Position numbers and translations under genes: made by a program. Source: Camelus ferus (taxonomy: Eukaryota). From it: a stretch of 64,000 nt of DNA. The stretch's first letter is position 1. Each line of letters starts with the position of its first letter. The notes below the pieces were generated by a model that searched no databases, was not told where the DNA came from, and was given only the letters and a program-made list of their open reading frames with translations. Where the stretch lies: NCBI RefSeq assembly GCF_009834535.1, contig NC_045717.1, positions 26,660,001 to 26,724,000 of the forward strand, written 5' to 3'. This document shows, in pieces, positions 45,260-64,000 of this stretch.

Positions 45260-45331
45260 GCGCCGGAGCCAGCCGGGAGCGCCGCGCAGCCGCCCGCCCG
45301 CCGCCCATGGGCCGCGCGCCCCGGCGCTGAG
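45260..45331 (+). other. CBARP: CBARP non-coding exon 1 (start approximate)
   Basis: CpG island of about 44900-45480; TATA-like TTCATAAAT at ~45226; E-box TCACGTG at 45171; donor TGAG|GTAGGC at 45331/45332. Confidence 0.7.
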
Positions 45332-47094
45332 GTAGGCGCGCGGGCCTGGGGCTGCACCGGGGCGGGCGGGGGACAGGCTGAGGCCGCGCGGCCCGCCCTG
45401 GCTCGAGACCACCGGTCCCTTCCCGCGAGGCGGCGAGGCCAGAGGCAGGGAGCGGAGGAGCCGGGGCCAGGGTGAGGGGTCAGTCGACGGGGCTCTGCAC
45501 CCTCCCTTCGGCAGCCCGGAGAGGGACCCTTGCCCACGCCTTCCCCAGCCTCAGTTTCCCGCTGTGAGATTTGCCAAGGGCCATGGCGTTTGCGCTTCTT
45601 GGCTTAACACGAGATTGAGAAGTGCCTGGAGTCGGTTCCCTGCATCTCGCCGCTTGCCATCCCCGTCCCTAGGGCCGGTTGAGGGCGCGGGGGTGGGAGC
45701 GGAGGCAAGCCCGATCGGGAGCCAAGGCCCGGCGGGACTTTAGGGGCTGGACCCTCCGCCCTAGGCTGCCGTCCCCGCCTACCCCCGCTTCCCCCTCGGC
45801 CTCCTGCCATCTTTCCTGATCTCCTGTCATCGTCCCTGTGCCTCTGCCCCCTCCCCCTCCAGCGTGAACTCATTTCCCGACCTACATATAGGTGCCCCCT
45901 CCCCCAAGGATGCAGGGGAGTCGCGGCCAGCCTCTGACCCAGAGTGCTGAGGACACCTGGCTTTCGCCGGTACCCTCCCCTCCTCTGGGCCTCAGTTTCC
46001 CCTCCGCTGTCAAGTGGGGGTAAAGCCCCAAAAGGTTGGGGACGCCGGAACCTGTGTACGGGCTTTCCCTTTCCTGCGGGGAAGGGCCACTCGCCGTGTC
46101 CGCTCAGGGCTGCCGGTCATCCCGGCCCCAGACTCGGTTCCCTGAGATTCCATAGTGCAGCCACCGGTCCTTCCCGCAGGAAGGAGCTGTGTGCTGGGGA
46201 GGGCGGTCAGGTGCAATGTCCAGGCAGTCCCCTTCCCGAGCACGGAGACCCTCCCAGCCTCGGTGCCTCCACGCCAGGCAGACGTGGAGACTGGCCAGCT
46301 GGGGCTGGGAGGGGTGCGGCGGGGGCGCGTGGTCGGGCTGGGCACCGGCGGGCGGCGGCAGCAGCCATCTTGCCGCCCGGGGCTGGCTTCAGCCTCCCCT
46401 GCAGGAGGCCTCCCTCCCCCGCGCCCCCTCCCCTCCTCGTGCTCCCTGGCAACCCGCTCCCCTCCACCAGCTCGGCCTGCTCGCTCAGTCGCCATGGGAA
46501 CCAGATTCTTGAGGGCTGGGAACAGATGCGCCTTCTTTGGCCTTTTCATTCCCCCCCACCACTCTGCAGAGGGGAACTTTTACCTCTGAGTGTCGTGACC
46601 TAGGAGTCCCCGTGGTCAGCTCTTCTCCCCCCTCCCCGGGGCTGGATAGCCCAAGGGATGACCCGAGTCCCCGTTATTATTGCAACCAGTCCCCTAGGAC
46701 CCAGGCAGCCCCTCCCGCGCCCCTGATGGGGCAGGCAGGGCCCCTGGAGCCTGGCGGGAGTGGGCTGATAGCCTCAGTTTCCCCATTCCTGGCAGAGGTG
46801 CTCCCCCTTTCCTGGGCAGGGCTCCCTGCCCAGCGCCACCTTGCCTGGCCGGCCCCACCGGCTGGGGAAGCTGTCGATATGCACACGCCTCCCCTTTTCG
46901 GAGATGGGGACAGAGAGGTCCCGGGCACTGATCTGAGCCAGGTGCTGGCTGCCTCGGGGCTCCCCCCCTCACCTCTCTGTGGGTCACTGCCCTGTGTGGA
47001 CCCCTGCTCCTACTCCCAGGGAGGTGGGAAGGGGGACCAAGGAGCTCCAGCTGAGCAGGCCCTACCCCCCTAGGCCCCTCCTCCTAGCCTCAAA

Positions 47095-50000
47095 ATGCAG
47101 CCTACAGCCACCATGGCCACAGCCGTCACCACCCCTGCCACTGTCGCCCTGACCACAACGTGGGACAACGTCACGGGCCGCCCCACGGTGAGTGAGGTGG
47201 GGAGGTTGGGGAGGACTGGTGGGGCGGGGCCACCAGTCCACACCCACCGGCCCTGACACAGCTCCCCCCAACTGCTGACCCTCCTGCAGACTGAGCCGGA
47301 CCCCATACTGGACAACTCTGTGCTGCTGGTGGTGGTGATGGCACTTTTCGTTGGGGGCACGCTCGTGGTGCTGTCAGGCGTGCTGCTGCTCTGCAGGCGC
47401 TGCTGGGAGGTCCACCGGCGCCTCCACAGGTGCGCAGCCCCAACCGCCCCCACCAGGGAGCAGGGACAGGTCAGCACGAGAGCCTGTCTGGGGTGCAGGT
47501 TGTGTCCACCAGCCAGAGTCCTGGGCCTGCTTTTAGTGTCGTTTCCCCAGCGTGTGCTCACACAGGGCCCATGGAACACGGCAGTCCAAAGATCCAGGCT
47601 CCTGTGAGCCTGGGACACTGCCCTTGGGCATAAGCCCTGCAGGGACCTGTGGGCAGTACTGTCTGGGCCCTCCAGCCCACTGTGCTCCCCAACTGTCCCT
47701 CCCCAGAGCCCCAGAAGAAGCAGAGAAGACCACTACCACCTATCTGGACAGCGGCACACACCCAGCCCCAGGTGAGGGGCCGGCCAGGTCCCGAGCCCCA
47801 CCCATCTGCCCACCCTCCCGTCTGCCCCCCGGCTGCCCCCCTCGGGCCGCCTGACCATCTGTGTCTGTCTGTCTCCCCCACCAGACTGGGCGCAGCTCGC
47901 TTCCGACTCATCTCTGTTTCCTTAAGCCCACGCGTAGGTGCCCGCAGGCGCATGCTGAGTGAGTGAGTGTGTGAGCGGCTGAGCGAGTGCCCGTCCACCC
48001 CCGCCCTGTCCCGGGCGGTCAGTCGGGCCCTCCGCGCTCCCTTCCGGACCCGCCCCACCCAGTGGCCCGCCTGGCACCCAGCACGGCCCACTTGGGGCCC
48101 ACCCTCTCTTGGCTCTCCTCGCAGACCCCGACTTCAGGGGGGAGGACCCTGAGGGCCAGGATGCTGAGACCGAGCGCTTCCTGTCCACCGGCTCCACTGG
48201 CCGCCGGGTGTCCTTCAACGAGGCAGCCCTATTTGAGCAGAGCCGGAAGGCGAGGGACAAGGGCCGCAGGTATGGAGGCTGGGCAGCGGGGGAGCGGGCT
48301 GGCCTCCCTTGTTGCCCTGCTCTCCCCTACACCTGGCAGGGTGACAGCGGTCCCAGAGAGGATGGCAGGGTGTGGGCTGGGGACCTGGCTCCCCCTAAGT
48401 GGAGCTGCACGTTGAGGGGGCAGCCCGCTGGTGACAGGCAGGCATGCTGGGCGCAGGTACACCCTGACGGAGGGGGACTTTCATCACTTGAAGAACGCCC
48501 GCCTCACACACCTGCACCTGCCGCCCCTCAAGATTGTCACCATCCATGAGTGTGACTCAGGCGAGGCCAGTGCCACCACCACACCGCACCCCACTGCAGC
48601 CCCCAAGGCCAGCTTTGCCATATTCCAGGTGAGGGGGGGGTGGCGGCTGGCCCAGGACTCCAGGCAGGACCCCACCCTCACTGCCTTCCCCGCCCTCCAG
48701 CTGGGCCCCTCATCTCAGGATGGGGAGCGGGCCGGCTGGGTACACTGTGGGTGGCAGGCCCAGCACACCCTCNNNNNNNNNNNNNNNNNNNNNNNNNNNN
48801 NNNNNNNNNNNNNNNNNNNNNNNNNNNNNNNNNNNNNNNNNNNNNNNNNNNNNNNNNNNNNNNNNNNNNNNNNNNNNNNNNNNNNNNNNNNNNNNNNNNN
48901 NNNNNGGCCGTGGGCCCTGCCGACTTCGAGATCAGCCCCTCGGCATCCAGTGACTCTGGGGAAGGCACCTCGGTGAGGCCCCTGTGTAGGCACCCCTGCC
49001 CCATCCCGGGAAGAGTTATTCTGTGGCCCCCCACCCACCATGGCCCTCCTGGCCCCTGCACTCAGGAGGGAGAGAGGCTGCTGGTGCACGCATGCCTGGG
49101 GCAGGGTGGCAGCTGCAGGTGGGGGTGGCGGGGTTCAGGCCCCATCTCGGGCAGTGGGCCAGGAACCCCAGATGCTCACCCTCCGACCCCCTCTGTTCAG
49201 GGCTGGGAGAACAGAGCTGGCCAGTGACTGGCTGAGCCCCTGGGGAGCCTCTCAGGCAGGGTCTCAGTGGGAAGGAGGCCCCAGCCCCTGGGCTTAGCAT
49301 GGCTCCTACTCCCCGAGAGTCCCCGGCTCTTCCTCAGCACAAATGCAGGGCTGTGGACCAGGCCAGGAGTCTGCGTGTCTGAAAGAATCTCTCTTTCCTC
49401 ACAGTTGGACGCGGCTGTCAGGAGTGCCAAGCCTGGGGGCCCCGGGGTGGCAGCAGGACCGGGGGAGGCGGGCCCCGGCTCTGGGGCGGGCCCTGTCCTG
49501 CAGTTCTTCACCCGCCTGAGGCGCCACGCCAGCCTGGATGGGGCCAGCCCCTACTTCAAGGTCAAGAAGTGGAAGCTGGAGCCCAGCCAGCGGGCGTCCA
49601 GTCTGGACACGAGAGGTGAGCTGTGGCCCCTGGCAGGGAGCAAGGCCCAGAGGCTGCCGTGGAGCAGGAGACTCTGCGCCCAGGGCAGGGTCCCCATGCC
49701 CCACCCCGCTGGCCGGCCTCACCCACTTGCCACCAGGCATTTTGCCCAAGGTCTTGGAGCTGGTCAGGAGGAGGACCCAGGGCTGCATGCTGTTCCCCAG
49801 TAAAACGAAAGGCTTTTCGGTCCAGAACACGGATTGGTGAACTTTTCCCATGAGGCACCAGATGGTTGGTTTTGGCTTTGGAGTCAGTCCGTCTGCTGTT
49901 GCACGAAAGCAGCCCTGGATAACGTGTAAATGAGGATGGTTTGTGCCAATAAAACTTTATTTATAACAGGTGGTGGGTCTCCAATCCTGCAGACCCCTGG

Positions 50001-53000
50001 TCACATGGGGCACTGGATACAGGGCTTCTAAACTCTCCACCCAAGGACCCTGCGTGGGGAGTGGGCACTGACAGTGGGAACCAACTCTGCTAAAGGGAGC
50101 TCAGTGGGGCCAGGCCACTGGGACACCTGCTGCCCAGTGGAGGAGGTGGCAGGTCCCGGTGCCAGGAGAGGCAGAGAGAGGGGACAGGCAGTGTTGGAGA
50201 TGAGGGAAGGTGCATGGCCAGTGACAGTGAGCCCCCTTGTCAGGGCCTGGCTCCAGCTGGCACAGGGGCAGGAGGGGTGAGTTCTGGCAGAGGTGCCGCT
50301 GGCCTGGGAGGGGAGGGCCTATCCCACTGCCCTGCTGGGAGCCCAGATGGAGCCTGTGATTCCTGATGGTGATTACAGTCAAATGTAAAAGCACCCAGAA
50401 CCTGTTTGCTGGGTGAGTCTCATCCCTACCCCGAGGCCTTCCCAGCGAGGCCTCTTGTCATGGGAGGATCCTGGCACCTGGCCAGGGGGCCCACCGGCCA
50501 GGCTGGGGCTGGAGCTGGCAGGAAAGGGCTTTACCTCTCTCCCCTCAGCTGTCCCTCACTCACCCAAGCCTTCGGCCTTCTGCACTCCAGCTGGGCTGTG
50601 TCTGCTGCTGGGTATGTGTCCGGTACAAGTCCTTGCTCTGGCCACACCCATCTGCTGGGACCACTTGGGGCAATGCTGCCACCTTGGCAGCTCAACCCAC
50701 ACCTAGCCTGGCCCTTCTGCCCTCTGTGCCTTGATTCCCCAGGGTGCACACTCACCTGGCCTAGGCTGGGGTCTGCTGGCTTGGGGGTGAGAGTGGGCCC
50801 AGGGCTGGGAGGGGCCCAGGCAGGCTGCCGTGCCTTCCTCTGCACAGGCTCCCCAAAGAGGCACCACTTCCAGCGGCAGCGGGCAGCCAGCGAGAGCATG
50901 GAACAGGAGGAGGGGGATGCCCCCCAGGTGGACTACATCCAGTACATTGCCAGCGCTGGCGACGCAGTGGCCTTCCCGCAGCCCCGCCCCTTTCTGGCCA
51001 GCCCCACCAGCCCGCCCCCCCCTCTCGGCAGGTATTTTTCAGTAGATAGAGGTGCCAGGGGTGGACCTGTGGGCCCCTGCCCCACCCCTTCGGACAGGCG
51101 GTCGTGTCCCTCTGGCTCCACCGTCCCTCCCGGAGGCTGCCTGGCTGGGGCCACCTCTCCAGCACCGACCAGAGGGAAGCAGGGGGAGACTGGGTAAGGG
51201 TAGAGGGGCGGGCAGGGCCCCAGGTTCCCAAGACAGGATGCCTGCTCAATCAGGGATGCTGTGGGTGGATGTCTGCACAGGTATTGCCACTTCCTGCTGG
51301 TGCCCACGGCCTGAAGGGCCCTGCCCGCCTGCCCGTGCTCCTGAGGACTAGATGGCCCCTACTCAGAAACTTGTGACCACTTCTGCCAGCAATCTCCCTC
51401 CCCCTGCCCAAGGGCAACTGTCCTGAAGCTCTGGGCCCATGGCAGTGGGATAGGCAACAGGATCCAGGGAGCAGGGCACTTCCCTGTCCCGGGAGTTAAC
51501 ACTTTTTGTTTATTCTCCTTGTTCCTTAACAAATCTACCTTGGGAGGCGAGGCTGCATACCCAGACTCACCCAGGGGGAGGGGCTGAGCTGGACTCTACT
51601 CCTCCCATCCATCCCTAGCCGCCCCTTGCTACAGTAAGTTGTCAGGAAGAAGGCATCTCCCAAGGCGAGGCTTAAGCTCTTTCTGGTCAAGGGGCCAACC
51701 ACCAGCAGTGCCAGCAGATGCCTGGGTCAGATATTCCAAGAGAAGCCCCCATTCAGCAGCTGCCAGGAAGGCTCTGGGTTTACCCAAAAGGCAGTCCCTG
51801 CAAAGTAGACAGGCAGGCAGCATTTAAAAAGTTCATCTTCCACAGGGCCTGGCCAAGCCTGTAGGGTTCCTACCCATGCCCATCCTCTCAGACCCAGAGG
51901 CAGGGTGGCCGGGGAGGGGTCGGGGGGGCCTTCACAGCCTTCTGACAGCTGCTTCCTGGTTTGCAGGCTAGAAGCAGCCGACGAGGTGGGCGCCTTGGGA
52001 GGATCGAGCCCTGATTCCCCCCCGGAGCGCAGCGGCAGCAAGGGGCCTGAGCAGGAGCAGCAGCATCAAGAGTCAGACAGCGAGCGGGATGCAGGGCCAG
52101 AGCAGGCCCAGACCATCTACCGTGACATCTGGAGCCTGCGCGCCTCGCTCGAGCTGCATGCTGCCAACGCCTCCGACCACAGCAGCAGCGGCAACGACCG
52201 CGACTCGGTGCGCAGCGGCGACAGCTCGGGTTCAGGCTCTGGAGGCACTGCACCCGCCTTCCCGCCGCCCTCGCCGCCGCCCACACCGCGTACGGCCGAC
52301 AGCGAGGTGGGTGGGCCACGCAAGCTGCTGCAGATGGACAGCGGCTACGCCAGCATTGAGGGCCGCGGCGCGGGCGAGGACGGGCTGCCCAGCGGGCCTG
52401 AGAAGCTCTCCTCCTTCACGAGCATGGGCCGTGAGTTTACGGTGAGCAGCAGCTTCGAGGGGCCCATCGAGCCCGCGGCCGAGGAGCCCTCCCGGCCCCG
52501 CAGCCCCCGTGCCTGGCCCCGCCGCGCCCCGCGCCGCGACTACAGCATTGACGAGAAGACGGACGCGCTGTTCCACGAGTTCCTGCGCCACGACCCGTAC
52601 TTCGACGATGCCCCGTCCGCCGCCACTCGCCACCGTGCACGCGCGCACCCGCACCCCCACGCACGCAAGCAGTGGCAGCAGCGTGGCCGGCAGCACAGCG
52701 ACCCTGGCGCGCGGGCTGCGCCCTCCGCCCCACCCACGGCCCCACCCGGCAACGCCCGACCCGTGCGTGCGCCCCTGCGCCGGGGAGACAGCGTCGACTG
52801 CCCGCCCGACGGCCGCGCGGGTGATGACCCGGCGGTCCCCGCTGTCCCCGCCATCCCCGTCATCGAGGAGGAGCCCGGCGGTGGCTGCCCGGGCTCCGGC
52901 CTGTGTGCCGGACCCCCAGGGGCACTACTGGACAAGCTGGCGGCCAGCCTCGACGACAGACTCTTCCCTCCCCGCCTGGCCGAGCCCGTTGCCGTGGCTC

Positions 53001-53050
53001 CCGCGCTGGCTGCAGCTGTGCCCACGTCCCCCGACCACAGCCCGGTCTAA
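47095..53050 (+). CDS. CBARP: CACN subunit beta-associated regulatory protein (BARP/C19orf26); coding exons 47095-47187, 47290-47429, 47707-47771, 48125-48269, 48457-48628, (start in gap)-48972, 49405-49615, 50848-51031, 51967-53050
   Basis: MQPTATMAT...WDNVTGRPT, TM VLLVVVMALFVGGTLVVLSGVLLLC, RRVSFNEAALFEQ, YTLTEGDFHHLKNARL, RDIWSLRASLELH, DYSIDEKTDALFHEFLRHDP, C-terminus PTSPDHSPV; phases consistent. Confidence 0.95.
48773..48905. other. Assembly gap (133 N) covering the start of one CBARP coding exon
   Basis: Run of N; downstream sequence reads AVGPADFEISPSASSDSGEGTS|GT. Confidence 1.
49829..49999. mobile_element. MER58-like hAT-Charlie DNA transposon fossil in CBARP intron 8
   Basis: gaacttttcc...ccagat...ttttggcttt...cgaaagcagcc...ccaataaaactttatttat...agacccctg matches the recalled MER58A consensus. 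Confidence 0.8.
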
Positions 53051-53911
53051 GCCTGCGCCCCACGCCCACTTCACCTTGTTCGTCGCCGGCGGGGGCCTCC
53101 ACGCCTCGGCGCCGGACGCCCCGGCGCGCATGCCCCGGGACAGAGGGCCTCGAGCGCACGCTAAGTGCCCCAGGCGCCCCGCACCGCCCCAAAGTGCGCA
53201 CGCACACGATCCCTTCCAGGCACTTCGCTGGGTCCCCGCAGAATCGCAAGGCCAAGAGGACCCTGACTCGACTAGAGGGAGTGTGGTGGATTCTCATCTT
53301 CGGGCTCCTGAGGACGACGTCCAGCTTCCGCCGGCGCAGACAGCAGCGGGGTGGTGACCGGAAAAATCGGGCGCACCGCATCGTGTCTGGGGCACACAGC
53401 GGCGGGAAGCGCAGGCACAGGGGCTGCATCCTGGAGGGGCGACGAGTTCCGACTGCGCGAGACGCATGCACAGAGTGCCCCTCACAGGCCCAGTTGAGCC
53501 TCGAGATGCGTCGGGTCTGCACGCGCCGAGGGCTCCGCGCCAGGGCACCTGCGCTGAGGATGCCGGGGCTGGGACCGCGGGGCGCTGAGGATCCATGTAG
53601 AGTGCGCCAGCAGGACCGGGAGGCTGGCCGAGGCCGCGGCCGCCGACCTCCCAAAGCGGAAGCCGTTTACCTCACCGCGGCGTGTGCTCGCGGCAGTCCG
53701 TGTCCCCTTTGAGCAATAACTGCACCTGCCGCTGCCGCTGCCAGCCCTGAACACCTCCCGCAGCCCTCCTCCCAGTGTCTGCGCCCCTACGCTCACCTCT
53801 GCATGTTGAGCGGGCTGCACGCCCAGTAACCGCACCGTCCACAGAGCTGCCAGGACTCACCAGTGTTTGAGACATAAAACCCAAACGGTCAAGGTTTCAA
53901 GTTTCCCAAGC

Positions 53912-53921
53912 TTTATTTATT
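53912..53921 (-). terminator. STK11: STK11 distal poly(A) signal (overlapping AATAAATAAA)
   Basis: CAATAAATAAAGCTTGGG on the minus strand. Confidence 0.85.
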
Positions 53922-54443
53922 GCCAAAAGTTGGGGCAGCCCTCGCCAGCGGCCGGCCGAGTTGCCCCGCCCCGCCCCGCCCCGCCCCTCCCTTGGAAGCT
54001 TCGTGCCGTGTACTATCCAGTGATGGAGTTTCTTGTGTTTTGTTTTCTGGTTGATTATAAATATTTACTGCATACTCTCGCTTGCTCTGGGTTTTCTCCG
54101 GGGACCCAGGAGCACAGAGGCCTCGGAGGGAAGGGGGTCAGGGCACCCCTGAACACTGCACTGTGGAGCCATGGGCCCTGGGCTGAGCAAAGGCCGGCCT
54201 GTTGTGATTTGGGGAGGCCGAGTCACCACTGAGAGCAGAGATCCAGATGGCAAACGGCAGACACGCCTGGGAGACCTAGATCCCCACGAGGCGCCACCAG
54301 CAAGATCAGCAGACACCAGCCAGCCCCACATGCTGGGGTCCCAAAACGGCCCCAGGCTCAGACTCAGATTCCCCATCTTATAGCACGTCCTGCCTCCCAC
54401 AATTCCCAAACACCCCTCACAACCACAGCTCAAATCCACCTGT

Positions 54444-54449
54444 TTTATT
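54444..54449 (-). terminator. STK11: STK11 proximal poly(A) signal candidate
   Basis: AATAAA within an A/U-rich block of the 3'UTR. Confidence 0.5.
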
Positions 54450-54672
54450 TTTTCTTTTTTTTTAAAAAAGAAAGAAACCAACCAAACAACAAAAACAAGG
54501 CAGCCGCCTAGCTTCCTTGGGCGCTGGGCATGCACCTGGGTGGAGAGGCCTGCTCGTGATGCCCGTCCCGCTGCGGCTCTGGTTGGTTTGAACGCGTCAC
54601 CAGGTGTGGGAGGCGCTAACGAGTGGCAGAGTAAAAAGGAGTTGGGGCAGGCGAGAACCAGTAGTCTCAACG

Positions 54673-54680
54673 TAAAGTGC
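54673..54680 (-). promoter_or_regulatory. miR-17-family 8mer site (GCACTTTA) in the STK11 3'UTR
   Basis: Exact seed match; LKB1 is a reported miR-17~92 target (recalled). Confidence 0.6.
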
Positions 54681-55690
54681 ATGGTGAAGGCTGGCACGGG
54701 GCCACATCGGGCCCTCTCCCTCCTCCCCTGGCCGGGGGAAGGGGCTCAGCACAGGACTGCAGTCAGCAGGAGGTCATGTCCACTGGCCATCACGGGAAGG
54801 CCAGACCCCAGTCCCTGCTGTCCCCCAGCCACATCCCTCCAGGCCCCCCGGGCTTCCGGAGGGGTGGTCAGCGTGAAGGGCCCGGTGGTGGCCTTCCTGG
54901 GTGGTGGGCAGCAGGCCAGCACTCGGCAGGAAGACTGAGGACCTGGCAGGGGCTCCCGGAGATGAGCTGAGACCAGGACAGAAGGTGGGTCACTTCTGAG
55001 CCAACACACACGCTCTGCACCCCAGGAGACAGGCCTGCCCCTGGGGCCCTATGTAGGGTGGGGAGACTGAGGCTGGGTCACACGGTGCTGTCAGACGCCT
55101 CAGGAGAACAGGGAGGTCTGTGCTGCCTTGAGGGCCCTCCCTGCCTGGCAGGAGCAAGCACTGCCCTGACACCGCTCCCTCCAAAGCAGTTTCTACTCCG
55201 CCTGGCTGGTCCTGATGCTGGCAGATAAGTTCTTTGGGGGCCCTTTCAGGGGCAGCTCCCGGAAGAGGGGATGTGGCTGGGCAAGGTCTATGACCTGAAA
55301 CTCCCACTGCCTCGGGGGCAGTCAGGGGTGGGAGGAGGAAGCAGAGAAGAGACCAGGCAGCAACCAAGACGACAGCCTCAACCGGACCACAGCCCCTCCC
55401 AGCCCTCCCAGCCTCCCACCCTCCCTCACTGCCTCCTCAAACACCAGGAGCAGCCTGGGCTGGAGAAGGGATGAGCCCCTTGGGTTGAGGGGCCCTCACC
55501 CCCAAGTGAGCGGCCAGTGTCCTGCTGAAAGTGCCCTCCTCCACCTCCAACCCAGACCCCAGTGGCAGTAAGCACAGAGTGACGGCTGCGAAGGGCAGGG
55601 CTGGCTGTGGTCAGGCACTGGCAGTGCCCACAACCTTCCCCCCACCCACTTCTGCTGGTCCCCACCGTGTCCCACCTGTGGGCAGCATCC

Positions 55691-63668
<7,978 letters not shown>

Positions 63669-64000
63669 TCAGGGACAGCGGGATGGCAGGGCATCGGCAC
63701 CCCCGTGCGTGGGAGCTGGCGTGACCATAGCCCAGGGACGGCCCAGCCCGCCCTTGGCATCCCCTCAGGGTCTCCCTCTGGGACTGAAGCCCCAGCCCCA
63801 CGCCACTGCTAGGGTGTCTCCATGAGGACAGGACCTCCTTCCTCTCCCCGCACCCTGCCAGAGCGGATCAGGGCAGGGCCCAGCACTGCCCGCTCTGCAG
63901 ATGGCCTCCTGACGCTGCCTCTCTCCCCATGGGGCCTGAGCAGGATGGGCCCTGACAGCCCAGATGTGGGGAATGCTCGGCAGTGCCTCAGAAGGTTGAA

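Larger units (their letters stand above)
53895..54966 (-). other. STK11: STK11 non-coding last exon (exon 10, 3'UTR)
   Basis: Acceptor ttctgtcctggtctcag| at 54967; AGGTCCTCAGTCTTCCTGCCG and U-rich blocks resemble the STK11 3'UTR as recalled. Confidence 0.8.

Noticed and set aside
52089-53712. Several alternative-frame and antisense ORFs over the CBARP last exon and UTR
   Set aside because: Expected shadows of a very GC-rich coding exon.

Overview
GC-rich eutherian mammalian genomic DNA (non-human; species not determinable by eye), syntenic with human 19p13.3 and shown in reverse orientation. Gene order: EFNA2 5' end (minus; exon 1 mostly in an N gap), FAM174C (minus, complete), CIRBP (minus, complete, with candidate downstream alternative 3' exons), MIDN (minus), ATP5F1D (minus, complete), CBARP (plus; one exon partly in an N gap) and STK11/LKB1 exons 2-10 (minus; includes the AT-AC U12 intron and the LKB1-short exon). 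I reconstructed exon boundaries by hand from splice signals and reading-frame continuity. Gene identities and all ortholog comparisons rest on my recollection of the human proteins, not on a database search. Main observations: (1) two apparent +1 frameshifts in otherwise intact genes, in MIDN at about 31529 and in STK11 exon 9 at about 55848, which are either assembly errors or real lesions; (2) a 43-aa MIDN cassette exon that interrupts the first half of the Catch domain with a beta-strand-like peptide; (3) short uORFs in MIDN and CBARP that end at the exon 1 junction, the MIDN stop codon being created by splicing; (4) a CIRBP 3'-end module with extra exons, a 15-bp hairpin, a G-quadruplex motif and a 3'UTR donor; (5) a DR1/DR4 nuclear-receptor element cluster upstream of EFNA2. 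Only ancient repeats (MIR, L2, MER3, MER58) are recognisable. No CRISPR array, rRNA or tRNA was seen.
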